Assembly (NCBI RefSeq): GCF_006345805.1
Contig: NW_021835478.1
Span: forward strand, 1 to 64,000
From: Octopus sinensis
Lineage: Eukaryota
DNA length: 64,000 nucleotides
Reading direction: 5' to 3'
In this document: positions 1 to 11,928 of the stretch, piece after piece
Layout of the letters: each line of letters starts with the position of its first letter
Numbering within the stretch: position 1 is the stretch's first letter
Notes under the pieces: generated by a model
The model's input: the letters and a program-made list of their open reading frames with translations, nothing else
Databases searched by the model: none
What the model was told of the DNA's origin: nothing
Made by a program: the position numbers and the translations under genes

Positions 1-569
1 TTGAGATGAAGTTTAAATTTGTCCGAATGCAGAAAAATGTGCAAAAACGTCTCTTAATAATCAAAAATTCGTTACTAGAAACATTAGTCATAAAATTCCG
101 AGTAAATATCTGGAAAAAACCAATTACTAGCAATTAACATCATAGAAACGAATTTATATTAAAAACTTTTTAATACACTGCCACGGTGTTTTTTTCTAGG
201 AATAGTATTTGACAAATTATACAAGCATAAATAATTAATTGTGTAATCAAATTAGGCGGGAGCATTCTTTAATCAAAGTGAGTTTTAGGTCAAATTTTGT
301 TTCATTGAGAGTTTTATAATTTATTAGCATATCTGAGAACAAATTTATAAACTATACTATTTTCCATACTTAATAGGATTAACACAAAACTAAGTAGAAT
401 CAATAAAAAAAGAAATGGGATTAATAGCAAACTAAATAAGATTAACACCTAAAAAATCTTTGTCTCGAATTTAATATTAACCAAATTTAGTGTGTCAGAT
501 ATATTTCCATTTCAAGTATTCGTGTTCGATATTTTTTAATTGATAAACCTTCTCCCTATTAGTCTAAAA

Positions 570-1240
570 TTTGGTTTTTAAGAGAAGCGATGCTTTTTTT
601 AATTGAGCTTTTACTTTTGACTACACATTTTCGATGGGATTAAGCATTCGTACGGACCGAGACGAAGAATATGAAAATCATTAAATTCTTCCAATCGAAG
701 AACTTATTCGATACTACTGTGAGCTGGTGGATTGTCCAAAACCTTAATAACTGGACCACCATGTTTAATCCGTACTTGCCTCAACAAGTTTTCATCTAAT
801 AACAAGCCTGCTCTTTTTTAAAAGCTCCCCTTTTGATTTCATAGTAAATGAGTCCTAGATTTGAAATGTATCCAATTATATGTATATTTGACCCTTTTGA
901 TGCAGCAGCTAGAGTATTGCATCTTTTCCTTTTTGTGATCTTCCTCCTATCTTGCTGATATGGCTAGAGTAGTAAACTTCTTTAATGTATAAAAGCTTAG
1001 ATCGAGATGTCGAGCGATATTTGATTTTGATATTGATGATTGCAAAAAATGTAATTCAAATATTTATTTTATTCCACGAAGGGTAATTTGTTATCGTCTT
1101 CGATGCATGATATAAAAAAGTCGAAATATTCTTTGTTGAACTTTTTATATAATTTCCACCTCTTGTGTCAGGTTTAACTCCATCAATTATCCAACGATAT
1201 GCTGTTGTTCTTGAATACAATAGCTTAGAAATTAAGTGCT
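570..1240 (-). mobile_element. IS630/Tc1-family DDE transposase pseudogene (boundaries approximate)
   Basis: Manual minus-strand translation gives VLDNPPAH and FHILRLGPY..LNPIENV*SKVKAQL, matching the Tc1/IS630 motifs DNAxxH and LPPYSPxLNPIE. Contains stops and frameshifts. No TIRs identified. Confidence 0.75.
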
Positions 1241-1684
1241 AATATTTATTTTTCAGATAAACAGTTAATTTTGATCTAAAACGATTTTTTCAACTAAACG
1301 CTGTTTAGTATTTTTTTCGAAGATATAAAATTCATTTAATTTTTTAGGGTAAGGGTTAGACTGTATTCCTGTAATCTATATTTCTGTAATCTATATTTTC
1401 TGATGCATATTCTCCTTGCATCTATGCTTAGCTAAGGATAGCTGTTTCTTTTTTAAAATTTTTTAGTTTAAATTGCTTTGATAAGAGTGGCATTCCAATT
1501 TGTATTCTATCCAGGATTAAATTTGTAAAATCTATAAGAATTAAAAAAATTAACTAATAACTCAAAAAATCCTAATTAATTTTATTCTAAAAAAATATTA
1601 AGTTTTGTTTTATTAAAGTTTGATAAGTTTCTAAATACTATTAAATATATTTTTAATACATTTATATCCTGTTAAAAAACGTAG

Positions 1685-3420
1685 ATGAACGATAAGACGA
1701 ATTACAGCAATAATGATTATGAGCTTGAAAAAAACGGATACTCAGTAGACAAGGAAAATTATAGCAATAGCGGAGGATACAGCACCAGCAGTTTAATTTT
1801 GACACAAAGTTATAGACAGCATCAAATTATTTGTATTGCCAGGCAAGTTCAGCAGGATATGATGAATTTTCTGCTATAAAAAACTGCATCAAGGTGATCC
1901 ATTTAACTGACGAACACATTTTTATTGAAATCGATGTGAATTTAATTCAAAATAATACACAGAGTAACACCACCGGACAATCCCTGTTGTTCATGTATTG
2001 TGATCAATTCAGCATTCAAGAAACAAAATATTTTTCTTTCTGTTATCTAAAAAAATATGGAAGGAAAGTAAATTTCTTGTAGTGTTTTAAGGAATGGATT
2101 GACATGGATCTCGGTGTATTTAAACAATTTTCTAAAAGTATAAAATGTTCATTTTTATGCTAGAACGAGTCGAAAAAATGATTTTCTATTTCGAAGTTAA
2201 GTACTACGTCTTAAATATACAGCAAGTTTCAGATGAAACTACTCGGTTGGTAAATTGATACTTATTTGTAGTAAAATGATTTTTTTGCAAGTCCGTAAAA
2301 ATATTTTGAATGAAAAGTTTAATCATATTTCTAAACTAAATTAAAGAATTGAAACATCTCTCAACGTACAAACTTATTTGAGCGCTTACGCCATTCAGAG
2401 CGAATACGGCGACTGTCCTTCGAATGCAGATAAGTCATATGACGACTGCCTTTCCAAAAACACATTAATGCAGTACATTGAAAAAGACCAAATTATGTCA
2501 TTTCATACTTTACTGAGGTTTTAGATTAAGTTGATCTGATTACTTAGAGGCATTACTAGGGCCGATGCATTGATCACGTATTTGAAAATCGCTGAAAAGC
2601 TTCCGCACTATGGAACAACTTTCTATCCTGCAATAGTTTCGTATTTTCAGACTAAAATTAAAGATTTCAAAAATGACGGGAAAAATTGGCGTAAATTCAA
2701 CTGGAATTTTAGTTTATGTTCAAAATATCCGTCTTTTTCGTTTTCTATGGCCTGCAATATTAAAATTTGAAGCACGGGGAAATAAATTTTTCATTAAAAC
2801 AAGAACATATAATTTGAATAACATTGTTCATATTTTTGAACTTCAAAATTGGTCTAATGCAAATAAACTAATGAAGTATACGAAAAATATCCATCAATTT
2901 TTCAGGTATTATACAATGATTATTTTAGATTGTATCGAACTGCAGATTCGTGGGAACATTCAAAATCATTTTTCACCATGAAGTCATCGGCTCCGACGTT
3001 AGGTGGGACTATGACAACAAAAAGTAAACAAAAAAATGAAGAAAATAAATACAGTATGTAAAAATATAATACATTATAGAAAATTCCTACTTTTCTTTAA
3101 ACAAGACGTGGCTGGTAAATATTATTTATGACACCTGATTTAGAGCAAAATGTCATTAAATAAAAGTTTGAATAAAAAATCGGTTTCTCCATTCATCTCA
3201 AGTGAAAACAAAAATGAGTATTCGCAAGTTGATGAAACAACTACCGAAAACAATTATGAACATGTTGAAATACCATATTATTCAAATTTGAAACTGGACA
3301 GTTCATCATATAACACCAAGGTATTAGAATGTTTAATAATGAATATAGAAATTAATTGAAGCCGTAAAAAAAGCTTGTAATTGTCTTAGTACCGCATGTG
3401 TCACTAAGATATTTGAATAA
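1685..3420 (+). CDS. Band 4.1/FERM-domain protein, multi-exon with ~22-30 nt introns (copy 1)
   Basis: Spliced pieces give CIKVIHLTDEH, TGQSLLFMYCDQFSIQETKYFSFCY, EWIDMD, FYFEVKYY, FLQVRKNIL, LSAYAIQSEYGD, YLKIAEKLPHYG, IGVNSTGILVY and FLWPAILKFEARGNKFFIK. These are the FERM N, M and C lobe motifs in order. The last exon (after a 28-nt intron) ends at TAA 3418-3420. Confidence 0.85.
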
Positions 3421-3642
3421 ATACATTATGTCTCAATTAAAATGGAAAATGTAATTTACTAACAAAATTTTCAAATATTTATTTTTGACTAAACTAGCTT
3501 AGCAGTAATCGTGATTAGTATTGGAAATTTAATTTATTAATATTCGGATGTCGGATTTCTGTTGTGTCCAAAAGATAATATTTTCAAACGATTAAATAAG
3601 AACAGGGCGTATAATAACACACATTTTTAAGAAACCAAAAGT

Positions 3643-6600
3643 TTAACACCGCCCGCTAAGAACCGCCTTAAAATAATCGATTGTATGTTTCACAGTCCTA
3701 AACATTCGGCCTCTGTATTTGAGACCCATCCAGGTGGCGGAAATGTATTCCTTTCGCACTTTATTGTGAACAAGATAACAAATAACAGCTCGGCATGGAT
3801 TGTCTTTTAATAAACTTAGTCCATAAGGAATTCTAGATGATTATACTGGACTAACCTCGCAGGCTGCTTCTTCTTCTCTACCAACAAGTACCTCTCCATC
3901 TGACGATCATCCCCATCCAAGTAATATTGGAAATTAACAATCTCCCGAATATAAATCGCAATCGACTGCACATATCGAGCTATTATTTCGTCCAAGTCCT
4001 CAAATACCTGAAAGATCACTACACAAAAAACCTCTCCGTCTATTTTAAGTACTTTCCCTAATCCCAAGTCCGAACTGTTCTTTTCAGATTCCACAATATC
4101 AACATGCGAATATATATCGTCAGCCACTTTCCAGGACAGTGTCAGATGATCGACTCCCTTCGAACATTACCAAGCTTAACTCTACTTTGCTACTAGGCCG
4201 AAAAATGCAATCCCCGTTGTCCATATTCTTGAGTAACTGGCAACACATTTTGTACGCAACGTGCTTATAATTTGGGTGCATTATCGGGCGGGGGACGTAT
4301 GTCTCTACACGTCAATAAACCAGACCAACTCCCAACAGTCTTCTTTCTACGTTCGGCTCGTCTATTCCTATCAATCCTCTCTGACTCATAATCGAAATGC
4401 TCGTCTTTCCTAACTTTGTACTTTCCAGACAAGTCATTAAGGTCAGAAGACCTACAAACCAACTCACATTGGAGTTTGAAATAATCCAATTTGGATATTC
4501 TAGCAGACAACACAGAACCAATCTTGAAATAGTATTATTCAGTACCTGAATCGTCTCCAAAGTGTCATACTTCTTATCACTCACGTATCTGCCGTGGATA
4601 AAACCTGTGAGTCCATTGTCAAATGCCACTCGCAGACCAATAGCAGTTCCCGGACACTTGTCCTGATCGAAGTGAGACCACACGTCATCAATTGCTTCAA
4701 ATGTACTCTTCAGGCAATATGGGCATTCCCATAGACCCGTCTCCTGATTCCTCCGTGGGTGAGCTCCTTCTATCTGCTGAGAAGTCGGCCTCCGTCTTGC
4801 ATATCCAATCACACGACATACCACCAGTTTTCCTACCGTTTATTATAAAACACTCCAACCAATGTGCAATGTTTCGGGAGTCTCCTTTAATAATGTAAAA
4901 AACCGCTCTTTGGTCGAAATTGGGTCAAATGACATTTTTGAGAGTTCTACACTCAACTGTTCCCTAATATCAAGTAGGGTGTTGATTTTGTTGCCAAAAT
5001 TCTAGAATATAATAAAATTTGAACTTGTTTGGCTAATTCGTCACTGAATGCTTCCAAATCAAGATCCTTAAGCTTGTCTTTGGCCGTAATAAGTTCATCA
5101 ATGATGACAGAACTGTCCATATCGCTGGCATCTTCATAGTCCAATGCATCAATCGCCATCTTTCTCGCCCAGTGATATACTTCCGGGTGTATCCTAAAGT
5201 AATCCAGCGGTTCAAATTGAGTGGAATAAACACTAATCATAATCCCCATTAACACCACCGATTGCTCACACAGTAGTACTGATCCACCAATAAGAACCCA
5301 GCACAGTTCACAAACACAATGGGACCAATACGGTAGTTAGTCACCAGTTCAATTCGTGAGATTATATCTTTGTACTCATCCTTGTGCATTACACTCCTTG
5401 CAATACCTTCATTATAACCTGGGCCTTTATTGGACCAAGCCCTGACACGAATTGGAGAATATTTTTAGTATGTGGGTAATGACGGACCCGGTTTACATCA
5501 ACACCAGTCAAACTCACCGCATCAATTACTTCACGTTGTAATTCTCGACTCAGAATATCCGACTCGACATTATTCTGCAGTGGGTCGTAACAGAATGATA
5601 GGAAATCGTCGTTCTTGTTGATTAATTGAGCATATTCGGCCAGTGGATCAACCAACAATCTGCCCATTGAGATAGCCTCTCTCAGAAGAATGGGATATTC
5701 AGGATAATCAGTCTATTTACATCACAAGTTTTGCTTATACAGCCCCCTTCGTTGATTTGGAATATATCTTTGCCAATTCGTTACTAAATAGTTCCACGTC
5801 AACTGAATGTTCGCTATCCAGTACTAATGAATGGATATCCTCCACCACGAATGTTGCCAGTCTAAAATAAGCCACTCTCATACACCTGTCCTCAGTCGAC
5901 ACTATTATCAGAGATGGCTTGTGCTTGTCGATAAAACTGCGTAATTTGACCAATGAAGCTTTCTACAAATTAATGATCACTATTACTTTATGAGACAGAA
6001 ATAGACTATTTCTGCCTCCACTAGACTCGCCAGTTTAATATACTCCTCCACTTCACCGTCCATGTTTATGATCACCCCAAATGATGCCATGCCACTACAT
6101 TAAGAACAACACAACCAACCGAGATGATGAATAAGACACTGATAACACATTCTGGTCTGTCTTTCTATTTGGACGGTACCCGAAATACGGGCATTTCCCA
6201 ATAATCGACCTCAGTCTGCTTCGACATTTCTAAATATTAGCAACAGTCAAACTGAGATCATTGCGTTGGATGCTTCACTTAAAAGGCGATCCTTAACTTC
6301 TTTCACTATGAGGGGATATATGCTCTTATAGAATGAGCCGAGTATGTCATTTATCATGCTTTTATCACCCTTCACTCTCCCCTGTTGAGATTATAGTCAC
6401 TCACCAACTTTAATAAAACACGAAATCCAGTCGTTGGAGCAATTCAAATCATCAATGTTGAAAGATATCGACATTTTTAAAAGCCCGTCCTTCTCTGCTG
6501 TCAGTAAATGGAGATAACAATCGTCCACCAATTCACACACGGGCTTGTCTTTCAAATACATCATCGAATAACAGGCATGTCCTTCATCCAGCTCCTACAA

Positions 6601-8441
6601 TATATTCCCATTTGTTACCTTTAATCCAGCATTTGTCGGTCGGACAGTCAAAGTAGCACAGCTGTGGAGAATTTTTCTCAAATAATCAGTCAAATCTGGT
6701 TCGACCGACATCTCCATTGCAACCATGTAAGCCAACGCCTCCATTACTTGCTTTGTCGACTCATAACGATTTCCGACAAAGCGTTCAGCCATTTCGACCA
6801 TAGTCTGAGTGTCAGGATCACGTTGGAGAGGAAGACAGTTAATAATATCAGAAGATAATTTTGTACAAGACATTTCACAAGCCAAAAGAATGCTTCCTAA
6901 ATGAGAGTAAGTTGAATACACCACCAAGTCCATCGTCTACACAAATACGATAACAACTGCGGGATAGAGCAGGCTTGTGGAGTGGCGTGTCTCCACTCGA
7001 AAAATACTCCTTCATCGACTCCAACTCATGTCCGTAATAAAACATGAAATATCGATGATAATCTTTCAACACCAACTCACTGTCGGCCTTCTCCAGACTC
7101 ACGATTAATGACATAATATACCCATCAAGCACATTTTCTGTGATTTTCTGATAGTAATGGGAAGAACCAGCATATTTGAACTCCCCAAATTCCTTCATTC
7201 TCTTAAAAAGTGAAAGAAGCGACTCTTTGAATGAGCGGAAGTGACACCACTACAATAAACAAACCACAACACCTTCTCATCCCAGTCATAAATCAACCAC
7301 AAATCGGCAACTTCAAGGACTGGCAAAAAGTACTCCTTTCTGAACGTTGCAATGAAGGGAACCTAATACTTAAAAATCACTCAAAACTTCTGATTTGTCA
7401 TTTCTAATCAATTGTAGGCAAGCCTGTATTTTCGCAGTCACTTCCTCGCTTGGATACGAACAAATCCGACTAAGCGAGGCTTTTTTGATTGTCTACTCAT
7501 ATTCCAAGATAAAATGACCTGAGAAGAAAGAGGACGGACACAAAACGAGTTTCTATAAATCCAGCCTGCTTCTGACTCCAATTCTTCGGGGGTGGCGTCG
7601 GACACAGGAACTGACCTCGCCTAAAAATATCAGGAAATCTCAAACTTGGAATCTTTCTGGCATGTCCATATTCCGAATTGTGTGTTCTTTGGTCGATTTA
7701 TAAACCATTTCCTTCTCTTCGTTACAAAACTAACAAAACTAGAGAAAACAAACCAAACCGTGTCTCTCTCATCATCGGAGTAATAATCCACGGCAAAAAT
7801 CTTCTGAGCCTCGTCTAGAGCACTAAAAGTCACAAAATCACGAATCAACGGATCGTCCGTGTAGATTCTCCGTGAATTCGACTTTCCGCGATCATCGTCG
7901 ACAATAAAGTCGTCCATTTCTACGGAAATGAGTACAACACAGACCATCTAGTTCGGAATCACATTCATTTGGTCGAGATTTTCGATCGTTTGTGGATTTT
8001 TCTGATTTTCGAATATGTCTTTGATCTCCTTCTTCGTCTTCTGAGACAAATTTGACTCTTTTGAGCCTTTTCTACGAATTTGGCTGGGTTGACAAGACGA
8101 ACTTTTCGATTGAACTTTTTGCCAGTGTTTTGTTCGATTATTTCAATATCATCGTCGTCGATTGAGTCCAACAAGTCGTCGCTGGACAATTCTTGTGATT
8201 GAGACTCGTATTCTTCAATTTCGTCGTCGTTTATTAGATCTTTCATCTCTTCGCGGATTTTCTCGTCGTCTATTGATGTCTAGTTATCTGATTACCCTCC
8301 TCCTCTTCTTCGCTGCTTGAATAAACTCTTCTTCGTTTGCCACTTTGAGAGTATGTCTCACTTTGTTCATCGTAGGATTCTGAAGCTTCTGCGTCGATAA
8401 AATCTTCGATTCTTGAAATTTAACAAATTCAAGCACCTCAT
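3643..8441 (-). CDS. SUPT6H: Transcription elongation factor SPT6, multi-exon (copy 1)
   Basis: Acidic N-terminus (MRIEDFIDAEASES after a 25-nt intron, 8412-8436), EMDDFIVDDD, YqgF/HhH region (GRLLVDPLAEYAQL, LQFVSGLGPIKA), RIHPEVYHWARKMAIDALDY, S1 domain with the insert ETGLWECPYC..VWSHFD, and tandem SH2 (FEDLDEIIARYV, RIPYGLS..KYRGRMF). Stop TAA at 3643-3645. Confidence 0.95.
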
Positions 8442-8859
8442 CAATATTAGCAAATCAAAGCCTAGAATTTATTATTTATTTAGAATCATTTATTATAAAT
8501 TTAATACAATTTATATTAAAAAATGACTTTAATGGATTTTTAATTCTTTTCTGTTAAAATTTTATGGCGTTAAGTTCGACATCGAGATTTTGAAAGCATT
8601 TGTTAGAACACTTACGAATTCCACTATTACTCTGTTTTCTTGATTTTAACGCGCAATCGAAAATAACACGCAAATAAATTTTGGTCCAAAAACATTCGGT
8701 AAAACGCAGTATTGCGCATCTTAACTTTCCCGCTGACGAAATTCAGAAATTTTATCTTTTTTTCGTCGCTTCACGATTGTTTTGTTCAGAACCGGATTGA
8801 GAAATCTTAGATAGAAAGGGTATGCTTATGATGTTTTATGCTGTTAAAGAAAAAATATT

Positions 8860-11800
8860 TTTTTTTTGAAACAAGAAAATTAGAGAAGAGAAGTTAACTA
8901 AACTAGATGAGTCGCCGAGCGGATGGACAGGCAATTTCCACGTAATATCGCGAACGATATCCGCTGAAAAAGCCAGCTCGTTTCACGACTGTCGTGGCTC
9001 CTCCTCGAGATGATTGAACCAATCTCTGAGAGGAGTTTGAGGGCTTTGGGTCCAATTATCCCACTGGTCTCGAAAGCCAGGGGAATGAAGCAGCAGGTAT
9101 CGGTCAAAGAGGCATATTTAGCGGCAAGGCTAGATGCAGATCCAGGACGAGAAGCGGAGTCGACCAACGATGAAGGAGAAAATGAGTCTACGCAGGTAAC
9201 ATCCCACACGAGTGCCATTCCCTTCCTGAACGGGAATAAGGTCGACCCGTCAGGGCGTTTTCCATCTCCACGGTCTAGTCCTATCGGTTCTAACATCGAG
9301 GGAAATCCAGCGGCGTTAAGCGCGCGCTTCACAACGTCATTTAATGAGGCGTGCCTGGGGATCCTGCCGGCACTGAGGCGACAAGAGAGAGGGTGTAAAC
9401 CTCTCCTGTCAATGAGTTGTCCACATCTGCAATGGTGCGGCTGGCAAATCTCTATGCCAAGCCGTAAACAGATTCCGATGCGGACAGATTCGTCGTCCAG
9501 CAACATTCCAGCAGAGGAAATCGGCAAAGCGTCAAGCCAATCGCCCGAGTGGGGTTGACAGGCACAATTGATGCTTGCCAACTGAAATTGGTCAGCACGT
9601 AGGCGGATATCTTCGAGTACATGGGAGCAATGTATATCATCCCAGTTCTTTTGAACTGAAGGGACGTCCGGGATTTTAAGCCCACGAGAAATCCACATGT
9701 TGACACCCGCCGTATATTCCACCAACTCGGGCTGTTCAGGGGAGGGGAAGAGAACAGAGTTGAAGGAACTGGCAGAAGCAGACAATGAGGAAAAGTAACA
9801 GGGGAGGGATAAATCAACACAGGAACGAATGCCGATGCCCCCGTAACGAATAGGTAAATTAACCCGTCGCATGTCTGAAGGTTTGAATTTGATGTTTACG
9901 AGAAGCTCAAGAGCTTTGGAGACCATGTTGTCGAGACAAGACAAGTGATTTTGTTCAAGAAAGCAGGGCGATGAGCGCATGAGATAAGTTAGCTTCGGTA
10001 TAAAGAGATAGTTCTTGAGCAAGAAAAGGCCTAAATGGGACTCAAGTTTGGAAATGCGGGAGATTAGACTTTCCAATTCTTCGAGCCTGTCACATAAAGC
10101 CTTCTTAGTAGCCTTGCTATTGATTGGGGAACCCAGAATGATAAGGTCATCAAGCTGGGTGATGCCCAGGCCTTCAATATGGTGAGATAAGGTGGAAAAA
10201 ATAAGTTTGAATTCCGAAGGGCTCGCAGACAAGCATATCAGCTCGGATTTAGATCCATTCAAAGCGAGCCCAATGGAGGCAAAACCAGAAATAATTTTTT
10301 CTATATCATTCCTGACGGTCTCCAAAGCCCCGCCGAGAGTAACATCATCGAGGTACCAAATGTTTACCTCGGAGGACAATTGGCGGGCAATGTGATCAAC
10401 ACCGAGAGAGAATAAAAGGGGCCCAAGAGGGTCGCCTTGTTGAATGCCAGTTTCGGACATAATAACATTGTCGGCAAACAAGAGACAGCTGGGGGAGGCG
10501 TAAGACAGATGGACAATCGGGTATAAGGCAGGGAAACGACATCGGACAGTTTCAAGGATATGATCGCGCCGAATCGAGTTGAACGCGTTTTTGACATCAA
10601 TTTTAAGGAGGAATGGGATTTCAGTACATTTTGCAGAAGACAGCTGCCGTATGCCATGGGCGGCTGCTTCGCAGGCTCCTTTCACGCCCACGCCCAGTTG
10701 AATTGGCATAAGCTTTGCACTTGCTTCCGGAACCACTGATTGACAAATAATTTTAGCAGCAAGGCGTCTGAAGATGTTGCCCACAGCGATAGGCCGTACG
10801 CCACCATCACTTTTGTTAAGAGCAGTCAGATTTGCAGAAAAGAGTACGTCCCTAGCGAACGGAGGGATCGTACCAGAGATGATTCTTAAGCAGAGGGAAG
10901 TGATGGCCAACAATAAACGTCTTCCACCCTCTGCAGTCACAGGGGAAATCAGATCTTTTATATGAATCGGTTTCAAGCCATCGATACCCCCACTGCTACT
11001 GAATGGGAAAGAGCCGAGGGCGGCAGTTACTTCCGTCGAAGAGACGGGATATATAGAATCAGTCTCCGGATCTGGGATTTCTGGTAAGTCATCCGGGGCG
11101 CCGGGGTGTTTAGAGCGCAATTGGTCGAGAATTTTGTCAGAAGGGGGGGCAATTGTGGTGTTCGAGGAAATAACACGTACTGCACTCCGAACGTCGCCTT
11201 GCATAAGCTTGCTGCGAACCATTCGAGAAATGTCCTGAGTGCTCAGAATTGGACGAGGGATCCTTTCAGAAGCATCAAGGGAAAAATAGCTCATATCAAA
11301 TTCTGAATTGTTGAAAAACTCGCAGTTTGTTTTAATTTGCTGCGAGACGGACAAGCGGTCACCACGAAGAGTGCCGTTTAAAGGGCTGCCCAGACAGACA
11401 GGGACAAATGAGAGAAACTTGAGCCAATCGCTCCAAGAATTCGAGGCCAGAGCCCGCTCAATAGCCAGAGCCAAGGAGTTAGCAACTTGGATCCTGGCCG
11501 ATTTAGGAATGCGTGACGGGATAAACTTCGATTTCCGGAAACGAGACAAAAGTACGAGGAATTCGCTAGCTTTGGAACAAGACAGGTCCTTGGGTATTTT
11601 GGGAAGAGTTGGGGCCTCGATGTACAGAGGAGTAGAAGAGCAGCGAAAACATTTCCAGTTTGCGATGCTTGCCGAGCTGATCTTCGATAAGCCGACACAG
11701 GAGAGGTGGAAGTAGAGTTGGCACGAAGAACAATACCTTCCCTTTTTCCGAGGGCACGTAAGTTCGCACTTGCTGCAGGGAGACATAGGATCAGAAAAAG

Positions 11801-11928
11801 AATAAACAGAGAATAATTATTAGATAGATGACAATTACAACAATGGATTATTGAATACCAAATTACAAAAGAACAAATGAAAAGAAAAAGTGCACCACCA
11901 CAACAACGTGCCAAAAATTCTGTTCTTG
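8860..11928 (-). mobile_element. Full-length CRE-clade non-LTR retrotransposon (copy 1)
   Basis: Identical 12-bp flanks AGAAAAAATATT at 8848-8859 and 11929-11940 (TSD). A10 tail (T-run 8858-8867), 30-nt 3' UTR, 142-nt 5' UTR, single 962-aa ORF. Confidence 0.9.
8898..11786 (-). CDS. CRE-type ORF: PHD finger + reverse transcriptase + CCHC knuckle + restriction-like endonuclease
   Basis: N-terminal CxxC..CxxCxxxxHxxC..WxCxxC (PHD). RT motifs GGVRPIAVG, DVKNAFNS, GIQQGDPLGPLLF, WYLDD. CRCG..GLHPLSC knuckle. RLE motifs RHASLND, RPDG, WDVT, PLAFETSG, QRISFAILRGN. Uninterrupted. Confidence 0.92.
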   Translation of the reverse strand: MSPCSKCELTCPRKKGRYCSSCQLYFHLSCVGLSKISSASIANWKCFRCSSTPLYIEAPTLPKIPKDLSCSKASEFLVLLSRFRKSKFIPSRIPKSARIQVANSLALAIERALASNSWSDWLKFLSFVPVCLGSPLNGTLRGDRLSVSQQIKTNCEFFNNSEFDMSYFSLDASERIPRPILSTQDISRMVRSKLMQGDVRSAVRVISSNTTIAPPSDKILDQLRSKHPGAPDDLPEIPDPETDSIYPVSSTEVTAALGSFPFSSSGGIDGLKPIHIKDLISPVTAEGGRRLLLAITSLCLRIISGTIPPFARDVLFSANLTALNKSDGGVRPIAVGNIFRRLAAKIICQSVVPEASAKLMPIQLGVGVKGACEAAAHGIRQLSSAKCTEIPFLLKIDVKNAFNSIRRDHILETVRCRFPALYPIVHLSYASPSCLLFADNVIMSETGIQQGDPLGPLLFSLGVDHIARQLSSEVNIWYLDDVTLGGALETVRNDIEKIISGFASIGLALNGSKSELICLSASPSEFKLIFSTLSHHIEGLGITQLDDLIILGSPINSKATKKALCDRLEELESLISRISKLESHLGLFLLKNYLFIPKLTYLMRSSPCFLEQNHLSCLDNMVSKALELLVNIKFKPSDMRRVNLPIRYGGIGIRSCVDLSLPCYFSSLSASASSFNSVLFPSPEQPELVEYTAGVNMWISRGLKIPDVPSVQKNWDDIHCSHVLEDIRLRADQFQLASINCACQPHSGDWLDALPISSAGMLLDDESVRIGICLRLGIEICQPHHCRCGQLIDRRGLHPLSCRLSAGRIPRHASLNDVVKRALNAAGFPSMLEPIGLDRGDGKRPDGSTLFPFRKGMALVWDVTCVDSFSPSSLVDSASRPGSASSLAAKYASLTDTCCFIPLAFETSGIIGPKALKLLSEIGSIISRRSHDSRETSWLFQRISFAILRGNCLSIRSATHLV

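Noticed and set aside
4312-4824. CxxC..H..C 'zinc finger' insert in the SPT6 S1 domain as a novelty
   Set aside because: The same insert (ETGLWQCPFC..VWNHFD..CPG) is a known feature of animal SPT6.
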